NCBI GenBank assembly: GCA_025594325.1
Contig: JANHCV010000005.1
Location: 248,001-312,000 of the forward strand
Direction: 5' to 3'
DNA: 64,000 nucleotides
Source of the DNA: Blastocladiella emersonii ATCC 22665
Lineage: Eukaryota; Fungi; Blastocladiomycota
The position numbers and the translations under genes are program-made. Below the pieces are notes generated by a model. The model ran no database searches. It was given only the letters and a program-made list of their open reading frames with translations, and was not told the DNA's origin. Positions 36,595-47,979 of the stretch are shown one piece after another. Position 1 is the stretch's first letter. Each line of letters begins with the position of its first letter.

Positions 36595-36745
36595 CATCGA
36601 ACATGTACTCTATATTACGTCCACCGATCTGGTTCTTCTCCGTTGCAAGATGCTCGTTTGCGGCTTGGACCGCGTTGTTGACGACAGGTGGACTTGGCGG
36701 CGCGTCGAGCCGCTGCGTGTGAGCGGCGAGCCGCGCGGCCGCGCC
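36595..36745 (-). repeat. Degraded inverted copy of the 3' end of the GPCR-like gene (about 56660-56805)
   Basis: CATCGAACATGTACTCTAT..TGCGGCTTGGACCGCGTTGTTGACGAC..CGCGTCGAGCCGCTGCGTG aligns to the reverse complement of 56660-56805. Translation STRRQVHLSSTTRSKPQ vs STRRQVQASSTTRSKPQ. Confidence 0.75.
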
Positions 36746-36829
36746 CAGTCTGACCCGCCGCAGCCCAACCTCAAGGGCGTGAGAAACAGGTTGGCTAGCT
36801 CGTCGTCAAAAACCTCGTCCGAGACGAAG

Positions 36830-36945
36830 GTGGAGAAAAAGCGGCCAGTGCGCCCCGCAATCAGTGCGAGACGCTTGATCTGGGTCACGTGGAGCCCACG
36901 CGGCGGCTGTGAGACGCGTTGCGCCACACGCGAGACAGTTCGCGA
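36830..36945 (-). repeat. Left remnant of the inverted copy of the 56.9-63.8 kb block, before the element insertion
   Basis: Matches the reverse complement of about 63680-63792 (CACGTGGAGCCCACGCGG..GCGCCACA.GCGAGACAGTTCGCGA). Confidence 0.8.
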
Positions 36946-37151
36946 TTTTACTTGAACCACCTAGACGCTTCGCGTCTGGTCTTCAATCGAGGGCTAAAGC
37001 CCTCCGCCACGTTGGAGCACGGCACACGCGGGAGGTTTTGTACCGCTGACAGTCGCGCGTCATTATGGAGTCGCATCTCTGTTCCCATCACCCACCAAAG
37101 TAACTGAAAGCAGCTAAGTCTACTTTATGACACTACAAATGAAATCTTACA

Positions 37152-40100
37152 CTAAATCTCGCGAAGACTCTTGCTCTCCCGCTGCTCATGCAATTCTGGA
37201 GCGCGCTTCTGCTCGCGCTTACGCTCGCGATACCGCCTTGAGTACTCTTGGTCGCGCGCCTTCTGCTTCGCCTCCTTGTCGCTCTTGATCTGGCGGTGCT
37301 CTTGCATTTCGTGGCAAAAGAGCTCCGCGACTCGGGGGTGGTTTTGCGCAACGGTTTGTCCGTGAGCGAACGCGCCCTCAGTCAACACGTCTAGCGCCTG
37401 GAGCCGCAAGTCTTCGGCCACGGCCCGCGGATCAGGGACCATGGCGTCGTACACGCTGTCCGGGATCGGATGGAGAACCCACAGAAACGCGCTCTCGCGG
37501 AGCCGCGAGAGCGCAACGTACAGCGACGACCTGTTGATCGATCCAGACGAGCCAGCTGGGCACGGATCCGTCAAGATGATGGCGTTCTTGGTCACGCCTT
37601 GGACCCCGTGCACCGTCATCGCAAAGGCGGGCACGATTGGGAACTGCATGATCTTGACCTTTTCGTGGTCCTTGTACTGCTCGTGAGTATCGAAGTTCTT
37701 GACCATCTTGGCGCACAGTGCGCTGGACTCGGGTGTCTTGAGTTCGGTTCGCTCGCGCGACGTCATACCGCCCTCCTTGTAGAGAAAGTCGTCCGAGTGC
37801 ACGGCGAACGGGATGACCGTGTCTGGCCAATCGGCCGGCATGCCAGGAAACCGAGGGCCAGGCGGCGCGTCGGGCAGGTCGACCCACACAGTATGTGGCT
37901 CCCGCGATGGGCGGTACATGCGCGAGCAGGTCTCGGTAAACGTCGTACCCGGAAACCAGTCGATGTGGTGCACGACGCCGATAGCGCCATTCGCGCACCC
38001 CTTCTCGACGCACTGGTTGACCTTGACGCGCAATTCCATGCCGACAAAGACCTCGAGGATGGTTGGCAAACGAGTGATCGAGTCGGGCTCCTCGGCGAGA
38101 CGGAACAGGTCCCTTTCGCCAATCGGGAGGCGGACGGTTGCGCCGTTTCGCTCCTTCTTGCGCGTGATGCTGGCCTTGATCTGAAACACGACGCGTTCTG
38201 GGACCGCAGCGGCGAGCCGCGTGTACAGCAGGTTGAAGGTGTGACGCGTGTAGTTGTCGGGCGCAATGACCGTGAGCCCGCGCGTCTGGAGGATCTCCTT
38301 GAGCGCGTTGTTGCCCTGGTCGTCGCTCAGCTGGCGCACGCGAGCGGTCGTGCGCGAGTCGAGCAGGCGGCACAACTCGTCGGGGGCCTTGTCGAGGCGG
38401 AACGCGTCGAGACACCTGCCCCATGATGGGTCGTTGACGAACCGGTTGCTGCGCACGAGTCGAACGACACGTCGGGCGCGCCAGTACGCGAGCTGGCCCG
38501 AGTGCTTTTTTTTTTCGCGCCCGTGGTGTCGTGCGCGAGCAGCCGCTCGAAGAACGAGTCTGGCGCATCGTCGAGCACCTCGGGTAGCTGGAACAGCGCC
38601 GTGCCGTTCACTGGTGGAAGCTGCAAATGGTCGCCGGCGAGCATGACGATGCAGCCGCCAAACGGCTCGTCGCACCGACGCAGGTCGCGAAGGCTCGCGT
38701 CGACCCGTCCGAGCAGCTGCGTCGCACATGGAGAACTCGTCGATGGTCACGGCGTGACGTCCTTGCCACGCGCTGGCGACAGCCGAGTCGGTGCGGAGGC
38801 GCTTGATGTCGGGGCTGAGAGTCTCCCCCTTGAGCGAGAGCTGGAACGCGGCGTGGATGGTGGTACCGCCAATGTTGGCGGCCGCGATACCCGTCATGGC
38901 CATGACCATCATCATGCACTTTTCGCGGTTCCAGGACGCGAGAAAGTACCGGATCGCGTCAATGACGCGCGACTTGCCCGTGCCGCCCGAGCCGGTGAGA
39001 ATGATCGGCGAGCGAGCCTTGCTAATGGGCGGAAGCGAGGCGAGAGCTGGTGCGTTTGGCCGGTCGCGGCCCGACGCGAGGGCGCCTGGATCCGATGACC
39101 CGGCGGCCTCGGCGATACCGCTGTCGCCGCCGATGAACGTGGCGATGAGCGGCATGAGGAAGAGCACGAACGCGCGGTGCTGCTCCTTGTTCAGGTTGAA
39201 CTTGAGCGAAACCTGCGCGAGGCTCGCGTACGCGGGCGTGTGCTTGGTGCGCTGCTCCGTCTCCGTCCACTCCTTGCCGCGAGTCGCGTGGTCAAAGTTG
39301 TTGAGCGAGTCCGCAGCCTTCATGACGAGGAACCGCTTGCGCTTCGCTGCAGATTCCGTTGATCTCGCGGCGAAGGTACCGCACCAAACGTCGGCGGCGG
39401 GTACCTCTGGAGCTTCTGGACCGTCCTCAACGGCGTTTTCGGGATCGACGCCGATCTGCGACTCGGCAGCAGCGTCTGACGTGGTTGACGCGCTGATGAG
39501 CGGCGACTGCCCGCCTTGCGGAGCGACAGGAGCGGTTCCAGCAGCGGCCGGCGCTGCAGATACGGCGCTGCGGTGCTGCGCCAGGAATTTTTTCAGCGTG
39601 TTCGCCGAGATGGGCTCCTTGAGCGTCGTCGGTGGGACGGCCGCCTTGACGTCTAACGGGCACTCTGGAGGGAGGCGCAGGTGGTCGACCAGGTCTGCAG
39701 CAGCACCAGGGACCAGCGCGTCGATCACCAGCTTGAAGTTCTGCTCGCTAACGGTGGGCGCGACCTCGGCACCAGCACCGTTTATGGCGTTGTCGGCAAT
39801 GACCGTATCGAGGGCAATGTCCTGCTGCAACTGAGTGAACATGGTCCATTCTGCAGTCGGGTCCTCGTTGGCGGTCGCCTTGGCGCGCGAGCTTGACGCG
39901 TTGCGGTCGCCGTCGCGAGATCGAACGAACAGCTCGCCGCGCTCCTCCTGCGGCAGCCTGGACGAGAGCTCGGCGTTCTCGCGATCGCGGCACTCACGGT
40001 ACGCGCGCGCACCGTCGAGACTGAAGTAGTACTCCTGGGCGTACTCGAGGTGGTTGAGCGCAGGGTCGCCGGGTTGGAGGCCCTCCTTGAACGCCTTGAA

Positions 40101-40670
40101 CTTGGCGATCGCCGAGCCATTCTCGTCGAGAATGCCACTCGAGACGCGGAAATGGCGGAGCAGCAGCAGCGCCATGCGCGAGTACTTTTCCTCAGACCCG
40201 GGCACGTCCCCAAAACTTGCGCGGGTCGGGCATGTGCGGGCCGGCGATTTTGGGCACGACCTCGACGATGTTCTTGCGCAGCTCGTGCGTCTTGGCCAGT
40301 GGGTGGTCGGCCATAAAGGACAGCCTCGTGCCGGGCGGCATGTCGGCAGCTGGTCCGAGTTCTGCTTGCGCGGGCACGACGCGCCCGCCGTTGGCAAGGA
40401 CCTCGCGCATTTTCGGCGGCATGTTGACGCGCGACCACGAGGAGATGAACTCGTACCACGACAGGTTCTCGAGCTCGGGCGGGCGGAACACGTGGTCGTG
40501 CAGCGCGACGTTGAGCATCGGCTTGCCGTCGACGCTGATGGTGCTCGCGATGCACTCGACATCCTGCTCGGTCACTTCGCCAGCAGCGACGCCCACGAGG
40601 TCGAGCCACAGCATCGCCTGGTACAGCAGCAGCGGCGCGAACTTGTGCGAGAAGATCCCGGCGGCCGCCG
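37152..40670 (-). pseudogene. Helitron Rep-Hel C-terminal half with PIF1 helicase, frameshifted, HUH Rep domain absent
   Basis: Linker motifs DHVFRPPELENLSWYEF, HPLAKTH, EKYSRMALLLLRHFR. Helicase motifs LNKEQ, LTGSGGTGKS, AMTGIAAANIGGTTIH, IDEFSM, FGG..LAGDHLQLPPV (shifted frame), VNQCVEKGCANGAIG, QFPIVPAFAMTVHGVQG, YVALSR. Frameshifts near 40213, 38722 and the A10 run at 38507-38516. Confidence 0.88.
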
Positions 40671-40688
40671 TGTGACTTCATTGCGCAT

Positions 40689-41619
40689 GTGCAGCCGCAG
40701 CAGCAGCAGCAGATCATCACGCCGGCGCCGCCGCCTTCGGCGCCCACGGACCGCCATGCCCCCGCCGGCCTCGCACTTCAACCCGCCCTCCACCCCCCTC
40801 TTCCTCGTCGTCGGCGCCCGCCTCTTCGTCGACGCCCGCCGTCCCGCCGCAGCAGCAGCCGTCGACGGCCGCGTCCTTCAACCCGCCGTCGACCCCCTCT
40901 TCGTGGTCGGCGCCCGCCGTCCCGCCGCCGGCCCACCATCACCATCACGGTGGTCGTCGTCGGCGCCCGCTCTGCCGCCGCCGGCGCACCATCACGGCGG
41001 TCCCGCGGGCCGCAGCAACCGGTACGGCGCCCGCCTGCAGGAGTGCATCCCGCCGACCCCAGCCACGCAGGTGTCGGGGCTGACGCTATCCTCGCCCGTG
41101 CGCCAGCCGCGGGTCGTGTTTGACGTGTCCTACGAGGAGGGCGACTCGGACCCCGAGTTCACGACGCGCATGGCGGGGATCCTGCGCGAGCTCAACGACG
41201 GCGTCGCCTCGTCGTCCTCCTCGACGACGGCCGTGCAGACCGCCGCACCGCAGATCACCAACGCGTCGTCGTCGTCCTCGACCGCCGTGCAGCCCGCCGT
41301 TTCGCGGGTCGACGCGACCGTCGCCTCGTCGTCGTCGACCTCGACGCTCTCGACCGCCGTACAGCCCGCCGGGCCGCCGGTCGGCTCGTCGGCCGCGTCG
41401 TCGTCGTCGTCGACTTCGAGTGCGACAGTCGCGCTCGCGGCGCCCATCATCGAGGAGGCGGGCACGACGGATCGCGAGGTCGCGTCGGCCACGGCCGTTC
41501 CCGCTGACGCGCCCAAGCGCACGGCCGCCATGGCCGCCGAGGAGGGCGGTGACGACGACGAGGACGAGTTTGAGGCGGTCCCCAAGCGCCGCCGCCGCCG
41601 CCGCGGCGGCCGCAGTTAA
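40689..41619 (+). pseudogene. Low-complexity S/T/P-rich ORF inside the element, opposite strand, apparently frameshifted
   Basis: Duplicated FNPPSTP..SAPAVPP units fall in different frames. Ends [22 protein letters not shown]-stop, followed by a T-rich tract. Confidence 0.45.
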
Positions 41620-41880
41620 CTGAACGACGTCGTGTTCCTCTCTCCACTTCCTCCGTTTCCCTCTTTTGTTGTTGATGTCCTCTCATTCACAATATTTGTT
41701 TTTTTTTTGTTACTATCGCGATTGACTGCAGGCGAGAGAGCTTGGTGGTGGGAGACTCGGACGCGTTGGTTATATCCCGTGAAACGCGTGAAACACGTGC
41801 GTGACGCACGTGGGCCAGGGAGACACGTCAGATCCCAAGGGCGCGCGTCGGCTAGGCAAAAATAGAGGGCTTTAGCCCTC

Positions 41881-44600
41881 GACAGCTCGCGACTGCGACC
41901 ATCCCCGCTCTGATCAACCCCATGATGCAGTTTTGACGCAGTTTCTGGGTCACCCAAGCGTCCCACGCGATAAGAGAGGATGACGTGCGGCGGAACTGAG
42001 GCTCAACGGAATGGCAGCGAGCACGGGAATTGGGTCGTGGAGCTGACGATGCGACGAGACTCAGACTGGAAAAAACAATATGATGATAATTATCAACAAA
42101 ACGTGATGGACAACTGCTCCGCGGGTCAAACATCTTCGATGCGCTTGGAGCTCGAGTGCAAGGCGCGACTCGCATTCGCAATGACGATCTGTTTCGAGAT
42201 GAGATAGAGGTCGGCCGCAATCTGGAGACAAACGAGCGAAATACTAAGTAGAACCGGTAGGGCGGTCATGAATTCATCTTGCATGAAGAGCACGAACCCG
42301 ATCATGACAAGCCAATCAATGACGAGGACTACCAAGACGGGCAGCAACCAGCTGAGGGGTTTCATGGGATCATCGGTCGAGCCAAAGAGAGGCGCGATGA
42401 GACGCTTCACGCTTCCAATGCTGAAAATCCACTCGAGAACCGTCGATTCGCGCATACGAGCGCGGTGCTCTTTGTGTGAGAGGTTGCGATACTCGGGGTC
42501 AGGAGTGCCGGTGAACCAGTGGAACATCACAAGTCAAGTTGAGAAGGGTAAGCGCCGCGCCACTCACGCGATCATCGTTTCAGATGTTTGCGCGTAGTCG
42601 AACCCGACCCTCGCTCCCGCTTCGGCCTCGCGTGCAACGGAACCAGCATGTAAACTCATGCTCACACTTGATGCAAAGGCAAGGAATGATGTCGCATGAT
42701 CGGCGACGACGAGCAAACGCCGGCGTGAGATGCAACTGGGCGTCTCGCCCCGTGCGTCCGGCTCCGCGATGCGGATCGCCCAATTCTACCATGAAAATAC
42801 CTCTTGCTTTGAGATCCAAGACTTGAATATGCGAAAGAGCACGATCCCCTTTCACTTGGTCGCGTCCAGGCATGCTGGGCCCGTTGTCCGTGGGTAAGTC
42901 GATGCGATCAAGGCCTCGCGCTTCTCCCACACGTGAGATGTTCATCTCCGAGACTTTCAACATCTGAACTGACGTGCTTCCTCCCAGCTTGCGTTGTTAG
43001 TTGGTGACCATGGCGCGCGTAATGCAGCACGCCCCTTCACTCGCTGACTCTGGTGGACTTTGAAGCCGAATAATCAGCCAACCGAATAGATTGGACTCAC
43101 TGGATCTTTCAACCCGAGCCACTCCGTACCTGAACCGTGCTCTGAAAAGCCCCTGGCCACCCTCCACTAGCGACAGCGTCAGAGGACCGCAGCCACCAAC
43201 GCGATTGCTTCCTGCCTTCCCATACCACCGCGTTTCTCATAATAGGTCGCGCCTACTTACACGCTCTTCGATCTTCTCAAGGAGGTTCGTCGCCGGATCC
43301 GTGCTTCCGACGTCAACCTCACGTCCTCCGCGGGCGAGGATGGCTGTGCGAATGCAGGCGCGCTCGGCCGGCAGCCGACCCGCGCTCTAGCGAACCGCCC
43401 ACTTTATCTCGGTCATCCGCAGTCTCGCGCCGCGCCAGCGACTTGAGCGCCAGGTTCTTCCTTGTTGGTTGTCCGAAGCGAGAGGAGCGCCTCGAACGTG
43501 TCATGGTCAACGGTGTCTCCATGTCAAGTCACCTACCGTACGAGTTTATATGATGGAATCAAAATCTTGCATCTGTTGGGACCGTCGGAGGCAGACTCGA
43601 AGCAGGCAGCGGCCCTCGGGGTCGGCGAGGTCGGCGAGGTCAAAATGCGGCGAGCGGCGGCCGTCGGTCCCCGTTCTCACTCGACCGCCGCCTCATACAA
43701 GCTCATGTATCACTCGCCGCCCGACCCTGCCCCGAACTTGCTGCATTCGCTCCACGCAGCCCCAGCCGACCCGACCCGCACGCCGCCCTCGTCCACGCGT
43801 TCGCCCGCGCGTGGGCCGGCCCTCCGTCGAGCCGCGTCCCGCCCGCGCTCCGGCGTGTGTGCGAAGGCGTCGCTCCTCCCCAAACCTAAATGCCCTCTGG
43901 ACGCCGTACCCTACCTCCCTGCCCTCGCACGCCCTCCACATCCGCGATCCTGAGCGAGGCGCAACTCTGGCATCCGCGTACGTCGCCCACCTCTCGCCGG
44001 GCAGCGGCGACCGCGCGCGATCCGTTGCACGACCAGCCTCGCTTGCATGGGCGCGGAGGAGGGTGTTGTGGGGGTGGAGAGCAACGGGTGCGTCGTTCGG
44101 TCCCGGTCCGCACGCTCATCGCAAGGATCGGACCGACCATGAGCGCCGTGTGTTCAGGCGCTCGCTTGACCTCGCATACGGAGGGTCTGACGGGGCGGCG
44201 TGCGTTCAGTCGTCTGCGGGCTCGGCTCGATTGACCCCGTGTCCGCGCCGGAGCGTCGTCCATTCATCCTCGCCCGCGGTGTTGCCGTCTGCCGCCCCAC
44301 CTGTCCCGAAGCCTCGCCGCTCCGTCGAGCTGGGCGCGTCGTGCGTGGAAGGCAGGTGGGGCGGTGGGCACCAAGGCCCGCGGAGAGCTTCGCGCTCGTG
44401 CGGGGCAGACGCGATGGCGCGGATTTCCGGTCGTGGAAGTGGGTGCAGCGGGTACGGACGCGGGGGAGGGAGGTGCGCTGGTGCATGGGCGAGTGGTGAG
44501 AGAGGCGCCGATGACTGAATTTTTGGAACGCGCGCCTTCTCGGCGCGCTCGAGTTGCTGCTTTATGGCGAGCGTCGTGGTCACGGACGCGAACGTCGATC
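41881..44600 (-). repeat. Inverted, internally deleted copy of the 56895-63692 block
   Basis: 41881-42549 matches rc(63028-63692); 42550-43500 matches rc(about 57950-58985), more diverged; 43586-44600 matches rc(about 56895-57910), highly similar. Confidence 0.88.
42126..42549 (-). pseudogene. 5'-truncated copy of the two-TM gene at 62784-63448
   Basis: Near-identical translation (WFTGTPDPEYRNLS..SIGSVKRLIAPLFG..SSKRIEDV). The first exon and 5' part were lost at the deletion junction near 42550. Confidence 0.75.
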
Positions 44601-45114
44601 CATGGCCATGTCCGTGGCCATGCCGAGCTCTAGTACTGCCGCGAAAGCTGTACAGCCAAGGCCGAGCGATTCCGAAGTGGGACGAAGACGAGACGGGCCG
44701 ATCTGCGCTGACGATGAGCGCGGCCGCGACTTTCACCAAGATAAGGCCGCGTGCGCAAGCTCGGCGGGCAGCAGGGCAGAGCGAGCGCGATCCTCCCGCA
44801 TGTCACTCAGGTGTCGCTCCTGCGCATACCGCTAGTGCTCGAGTCCGAGCAGCTCGCGATCAGCGAGGTCACAACGCATGGCAGGTTGTCTTCGTTGAAC
44901 GTCCGAGTGGCGAGGTGAGCGGAGAAGCAGTCGGCCGACCTCGCTGTTCTCGCGGGACTCTGACTAAGCCGTAGGTTTCACGGCAACAGCTCCTCACCAG
45001 CAGCCTTGACGACACGGTTCAAGCTCGAGCGAAGACAGAGACAATGGAAATGGAGGAGATCACACGACTGTATTCACCGATGACCACCATGACGCGAGCG
45101 CGACGGCGACGAGC

Positions 45115-46244
45115 TTAGAAGCGGAGCTTGGTGAAGAACCACTTGTTCTTGCCAGCGGTGTACTTCTCCTCGAACTGCTTGCGGATGGCCTTCTTGGCGG
45201 CCTTGCGCTGCGAGGGCTCCTTGAAGGTCTCGGCGGTGATGAGCGACTTGGTGTTCTCGAGCTCGAGGGTGTAGCTGGTAGTGGGTGAGCGAGTCAAAGA
45301 GTCAGGGGCAGAGTCCAGAGGAAAAGTGCGCAAGGGTACGAGCGTCACAAGGGCATCCGAGGGCCGGATCGCACCCGCGACACGGACGCACCCGCTGTTG
45401 CCGCGAGGAACGGCAGCGGTGGTGGCGCCGCGGAGAGGAACCGGCCCGTGCGTGACAAACTCCGCCTCGTTCTCTCCTCACCGCGCACGCGGGGACGCTG
45501 TCGCCCAGTCCGCCCGGACCACCGAGGTGGCCACGCGCGAGTTTCATACGAGCGGACTAGGGACACCGTACACGCGCGTACGCCGTGTCGATCCACCCCG
45601 AGGGGGAACCGAACGGAGAGAAAGCTGTCGCCAGCATCGTCCAGCGTCCTCGAGACCAGGCGGCATTACCCGCACATGGCTCTCGGCCGAACAGTTGCCA
45701 CCCTCGCGCCGCCGCCGCGCGTCGCTGGTGCGTCGCAAAGACCAAACGCGGCGTGGCGCGCCCGGGCCGCTCGGGACCCTCGGCGCAGCGCACGCCGCAC
45801 GCACATACGTCGACAGAACGGGGCGGGGCGAGGAAGGCACAGCACCGCATTGTCGTGGGGTGCGCCCACATCAGAAGATCGAGGATTTCACACACGGGGC
45901 CGCAGGAAGAGCACCCGGTCGAGCGGAGAGCACACAAACGGACTACTACAGGCGACGTGAGCGCATCCCGCACCCGCCAAAAACCGTGCGTACCGAGTGG
46001 GCATCAGGTGGTTGTAGTTGATGACCTTGATGAAGGGCTTGACGGTCGAGCGGCGGGCAACCTTCTTCTTGCCCATGGCCTTGGTGATCTTGAGCGGGTT
46101 GCGCTCGATGCCGGCGACGACGGCGTGGGGGAAGGGGTGGGCCTTGTTGCCATCGTCAAAGTTCTTGACGACCACGGCCTTCTTGCCAGCGTGGCGACCC
46201 TGGAGAACGACAGCGACCTTGCCGGGCTTGATGAACTTGGCCAT
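45115..46244 (-). CDS. RPL27: 60S ribosomal protein eL27, 2 exons (46244-45994, 45274-45115), 719-nt intron
   Basis: [43 protein letters not shown] | [28 protein letters not shown] donor and CAG acceptor are in phase. Confidence 0.97.
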
Positions 46245-46461
46245 TTTTCGATACAGAGCAAGGTATTGCGTCCTGAAGGCGGAGCAAAGCTAGAGAGCGC
46301 GGGATGGTCTAGCGTGGTTGCCCGGGGTGGGGGTCGGTGGTTCGGCCCTCGGCGGCTGGTCGGTGCCGCGGCGAGTGGGCCGAGGGTCACCTGACTGTGG
46401 CGCAGCACGTTTCTCACTTTACGGTCCGCGGTTGCCAACGAAACGCAGCGTCTATTGTCAC

Positions 46462-47451
46462 TCACTCGCCGTAGTACTCGTGCAGGTTAGTCGTGGCCTT
46501 GCGCACGGCGGCCTTGGGGTCGGTCAGACCCCAGTGCGGGTAGGGCGCGAGCTCGACGACGCGGGCGACGGTGAGGGCCGTGTGGTCGAGGTCGGCGTGG
46601 AGCGGGCGCGCGTGCTGAACAAAGGCACGCATGAGGGCGTCGACCGAGCCGGTGTGGTAGGGCTCGCCCTCGCGCATGAGGAACAGGTTGGCCATGAACT
46701 GGGCGAGGTCCTGGCCGTGGTGGCCGTACCGGTGGCACTCCCAGTCGATGACGGTGATGGCGGGCGCGGCCGGGTCGTCGAGGTGCACGATCACGCTGTT
46801 GGGCCAGTAGTCCCCAAAAATGAGCTGGCGCGGCGCCGGGCGCGCGTACCCGTGCGGGCCGAGCGCGCGGGCGACCCACTCGGCCGCGTCGGGGAGGTCG
46901 AACTTCGCGGCGAGCGCGGACACGTCGTTGCGGCCGTCGCAAAAGGCCTGCATCTCGGCGTTGGCAAACCACGGCACGGGCTCGGGCATGCCGCGGAACA
47001 CGGCGAGGAAGGCTGCGAGCGCCTCGCCCAGCCGGTCCGTGTCGGCGGCGGGGCGCGCGGCGCGGAAGAAGTCGAGCAGCATGGTGCCGTGGACGCGTTC
47101 CATGAGGACAGCGTGGCGGTCGCGGTCGTGGCGGAGCGGCCGCGGCACCTTCCACGGCGTGCCGCCGGGCGTCTCGTGCGCGATGCGGTGGAACTCGGAC
47201 AGGGCGGCGAACTCGGCCGAGGACCGGTCCTGCGGCAGCGCGATGGTGGTGAAGGCGCGGGCGTGCGGCGGGTGGTACTTGAGGACCAGCTGCGACAGGT
47301 TGTCGAAGGGCGCGACGAGGTCGATCGCCCACACGTAGTTGGCGTGCCCGCCCGACAGCAGCGCCACGTCGGCCACGGCGCCGAGGTCGGCGTGGTGCGC
47401 GGCGAGGTACGCGCGGACCTGCTCGGCGGTCGAGAAGTCGTGCGATGTCAT
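46462..47451 (-). CDS. APH/choline/methylthioribose-kinase-like phosphotransferase
   Basis: LLSGGHANYVW, VLKY, VPRPL..VLME, LIFGDYWPNSVIV, VIDWE, GQDLAQFMANL. Confidence 0.8.
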   Translation of the reverse strand: MTSHDFSTAEQVRAYLAAHHADLGAVADVALLSGGHANYVWAIDLVAPFDNLSQLVLKYHPPHARAFTTIALPQDRSSAEFAALSEFHRIAHETPGGTPWKVPRPLRHDRDRHAVLMERVHGTMLLDFFRAARPAADTDRLGEALAAFLAVFRGMPEPVPWFANAEMQAFCDGRNDVSALAAKFDLPDAAEWVARALGPHGYARPAPRQLIFGDYWPNSVIVHLDDPAAPAITVIDWECHRYGHHGQDLAQFMANLFLMREGEPYHTGSVDALMRAFVQHARPLHADLDHTALTVARVVELAPYPHWGLTDPKAAVRKATTNLHEYYGE

Positions 47452-47672
47452 TGCGCTGTGCGGTTTGGGGTGAGAGAGCGGGGGCGGGCAGTGCGAGGGT
47501 CGCGTTGCTCAAGTCCCGACGTCGTCGACTGACTCAACCTGCACCGTGAGCCCCGCTGGTCGGCCGCGCCACGCGTCGTCGCTACAGTAAGCCCTGCCGC
47601 CGTCAACACGGACCCTCGTGGGCGAGAGCGCGCACGGAGCACGCCGCCGCGCCCGAATTCATCGCGCCGAAC

Positions 47673-47744
47673 AGCAGGGCGAGCAGCAGGGCGAGCAGCA
47701 GGGCGAGCGGCAGGGCGAGCAGCAGGGCGGGGGGCAGGGCGGGA
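47673..47744. repeat. 12-bp minisatellite (AGCAGGGCGAGC), about 6 units, in the divergent intergenic region
   Basis: Three perfect units, one single-mismatch unit and two degenerate units read directly. Confidence 0.85.
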
Positions 47745-47979
47745 GGCACGGAGCCGGAAAACGTGAAGGTCTCGATGGCCGGCAACGCGTTAGTCAACGA
47801 TCGGCGCGGCCGGCGTCGCCCCCCATCCTCTCCCCCGTCGCCGGTCCGTGCCGGTGGTCGACCCCCACACTCGCTGCAACGCATCCGCACCGTCCCTGGG
47901 CTGCTGTCCCTGCACCGGCGACGCTGACGCCGGCCCCACCTTCCGCGCGCGTCCGCCCGTGAACCGACCCGACCCGACC

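Larger units (their letters stand above)
36946..41880 (-). mobile_element. Non-autonomous Helitron-derived element (Rep-less) with asymmetric 16-bp hairpin inverted repeats and 12-bp flanking direct repeat
   Basis: Contains a Helitron-type PIF1 helicase. IR GAGGGCTAAAGCCCTC at 36989-37004 and GAGGGCTTTAGCCCTC at 41865-41880. Hairpin AGACGC-TTC-GCGTCT at 36963-36977. Flanks GACAGTTCGCGA (36934-36945) and GACAGCTCGCGA (41881-41892); the paralogous site near 63680 has a single copy. Confidence 0.75.

Noticed and set aside
37152-40562. The 1136-aa ORF as an intact cellular PIF1 helicase
   Set aside because: Its N-terminus and the motif III region are out of frame through compensating frameshifts, and the Helitron-specific linker motifs and element ends indicate a transposon relic.
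43878-43892. CCCAAACCTAAA as an interstitial telomere seed
   Set aside because: Fewer than two imperfect units, so it is expected by chance.
45470-45622. 8-bp complementarity TTCTCTCC/GGAGAGAA in the RPL27 intron as a long-range stem
   Set aside because: Several such matches are expected by chance in 700 nt.
47673-47744. 12-bp repeats as a CRISPR-like array
   Set aside because: Contiguous units without spacers; an ordinary minisatellite in a eukaryotic intergenic region.
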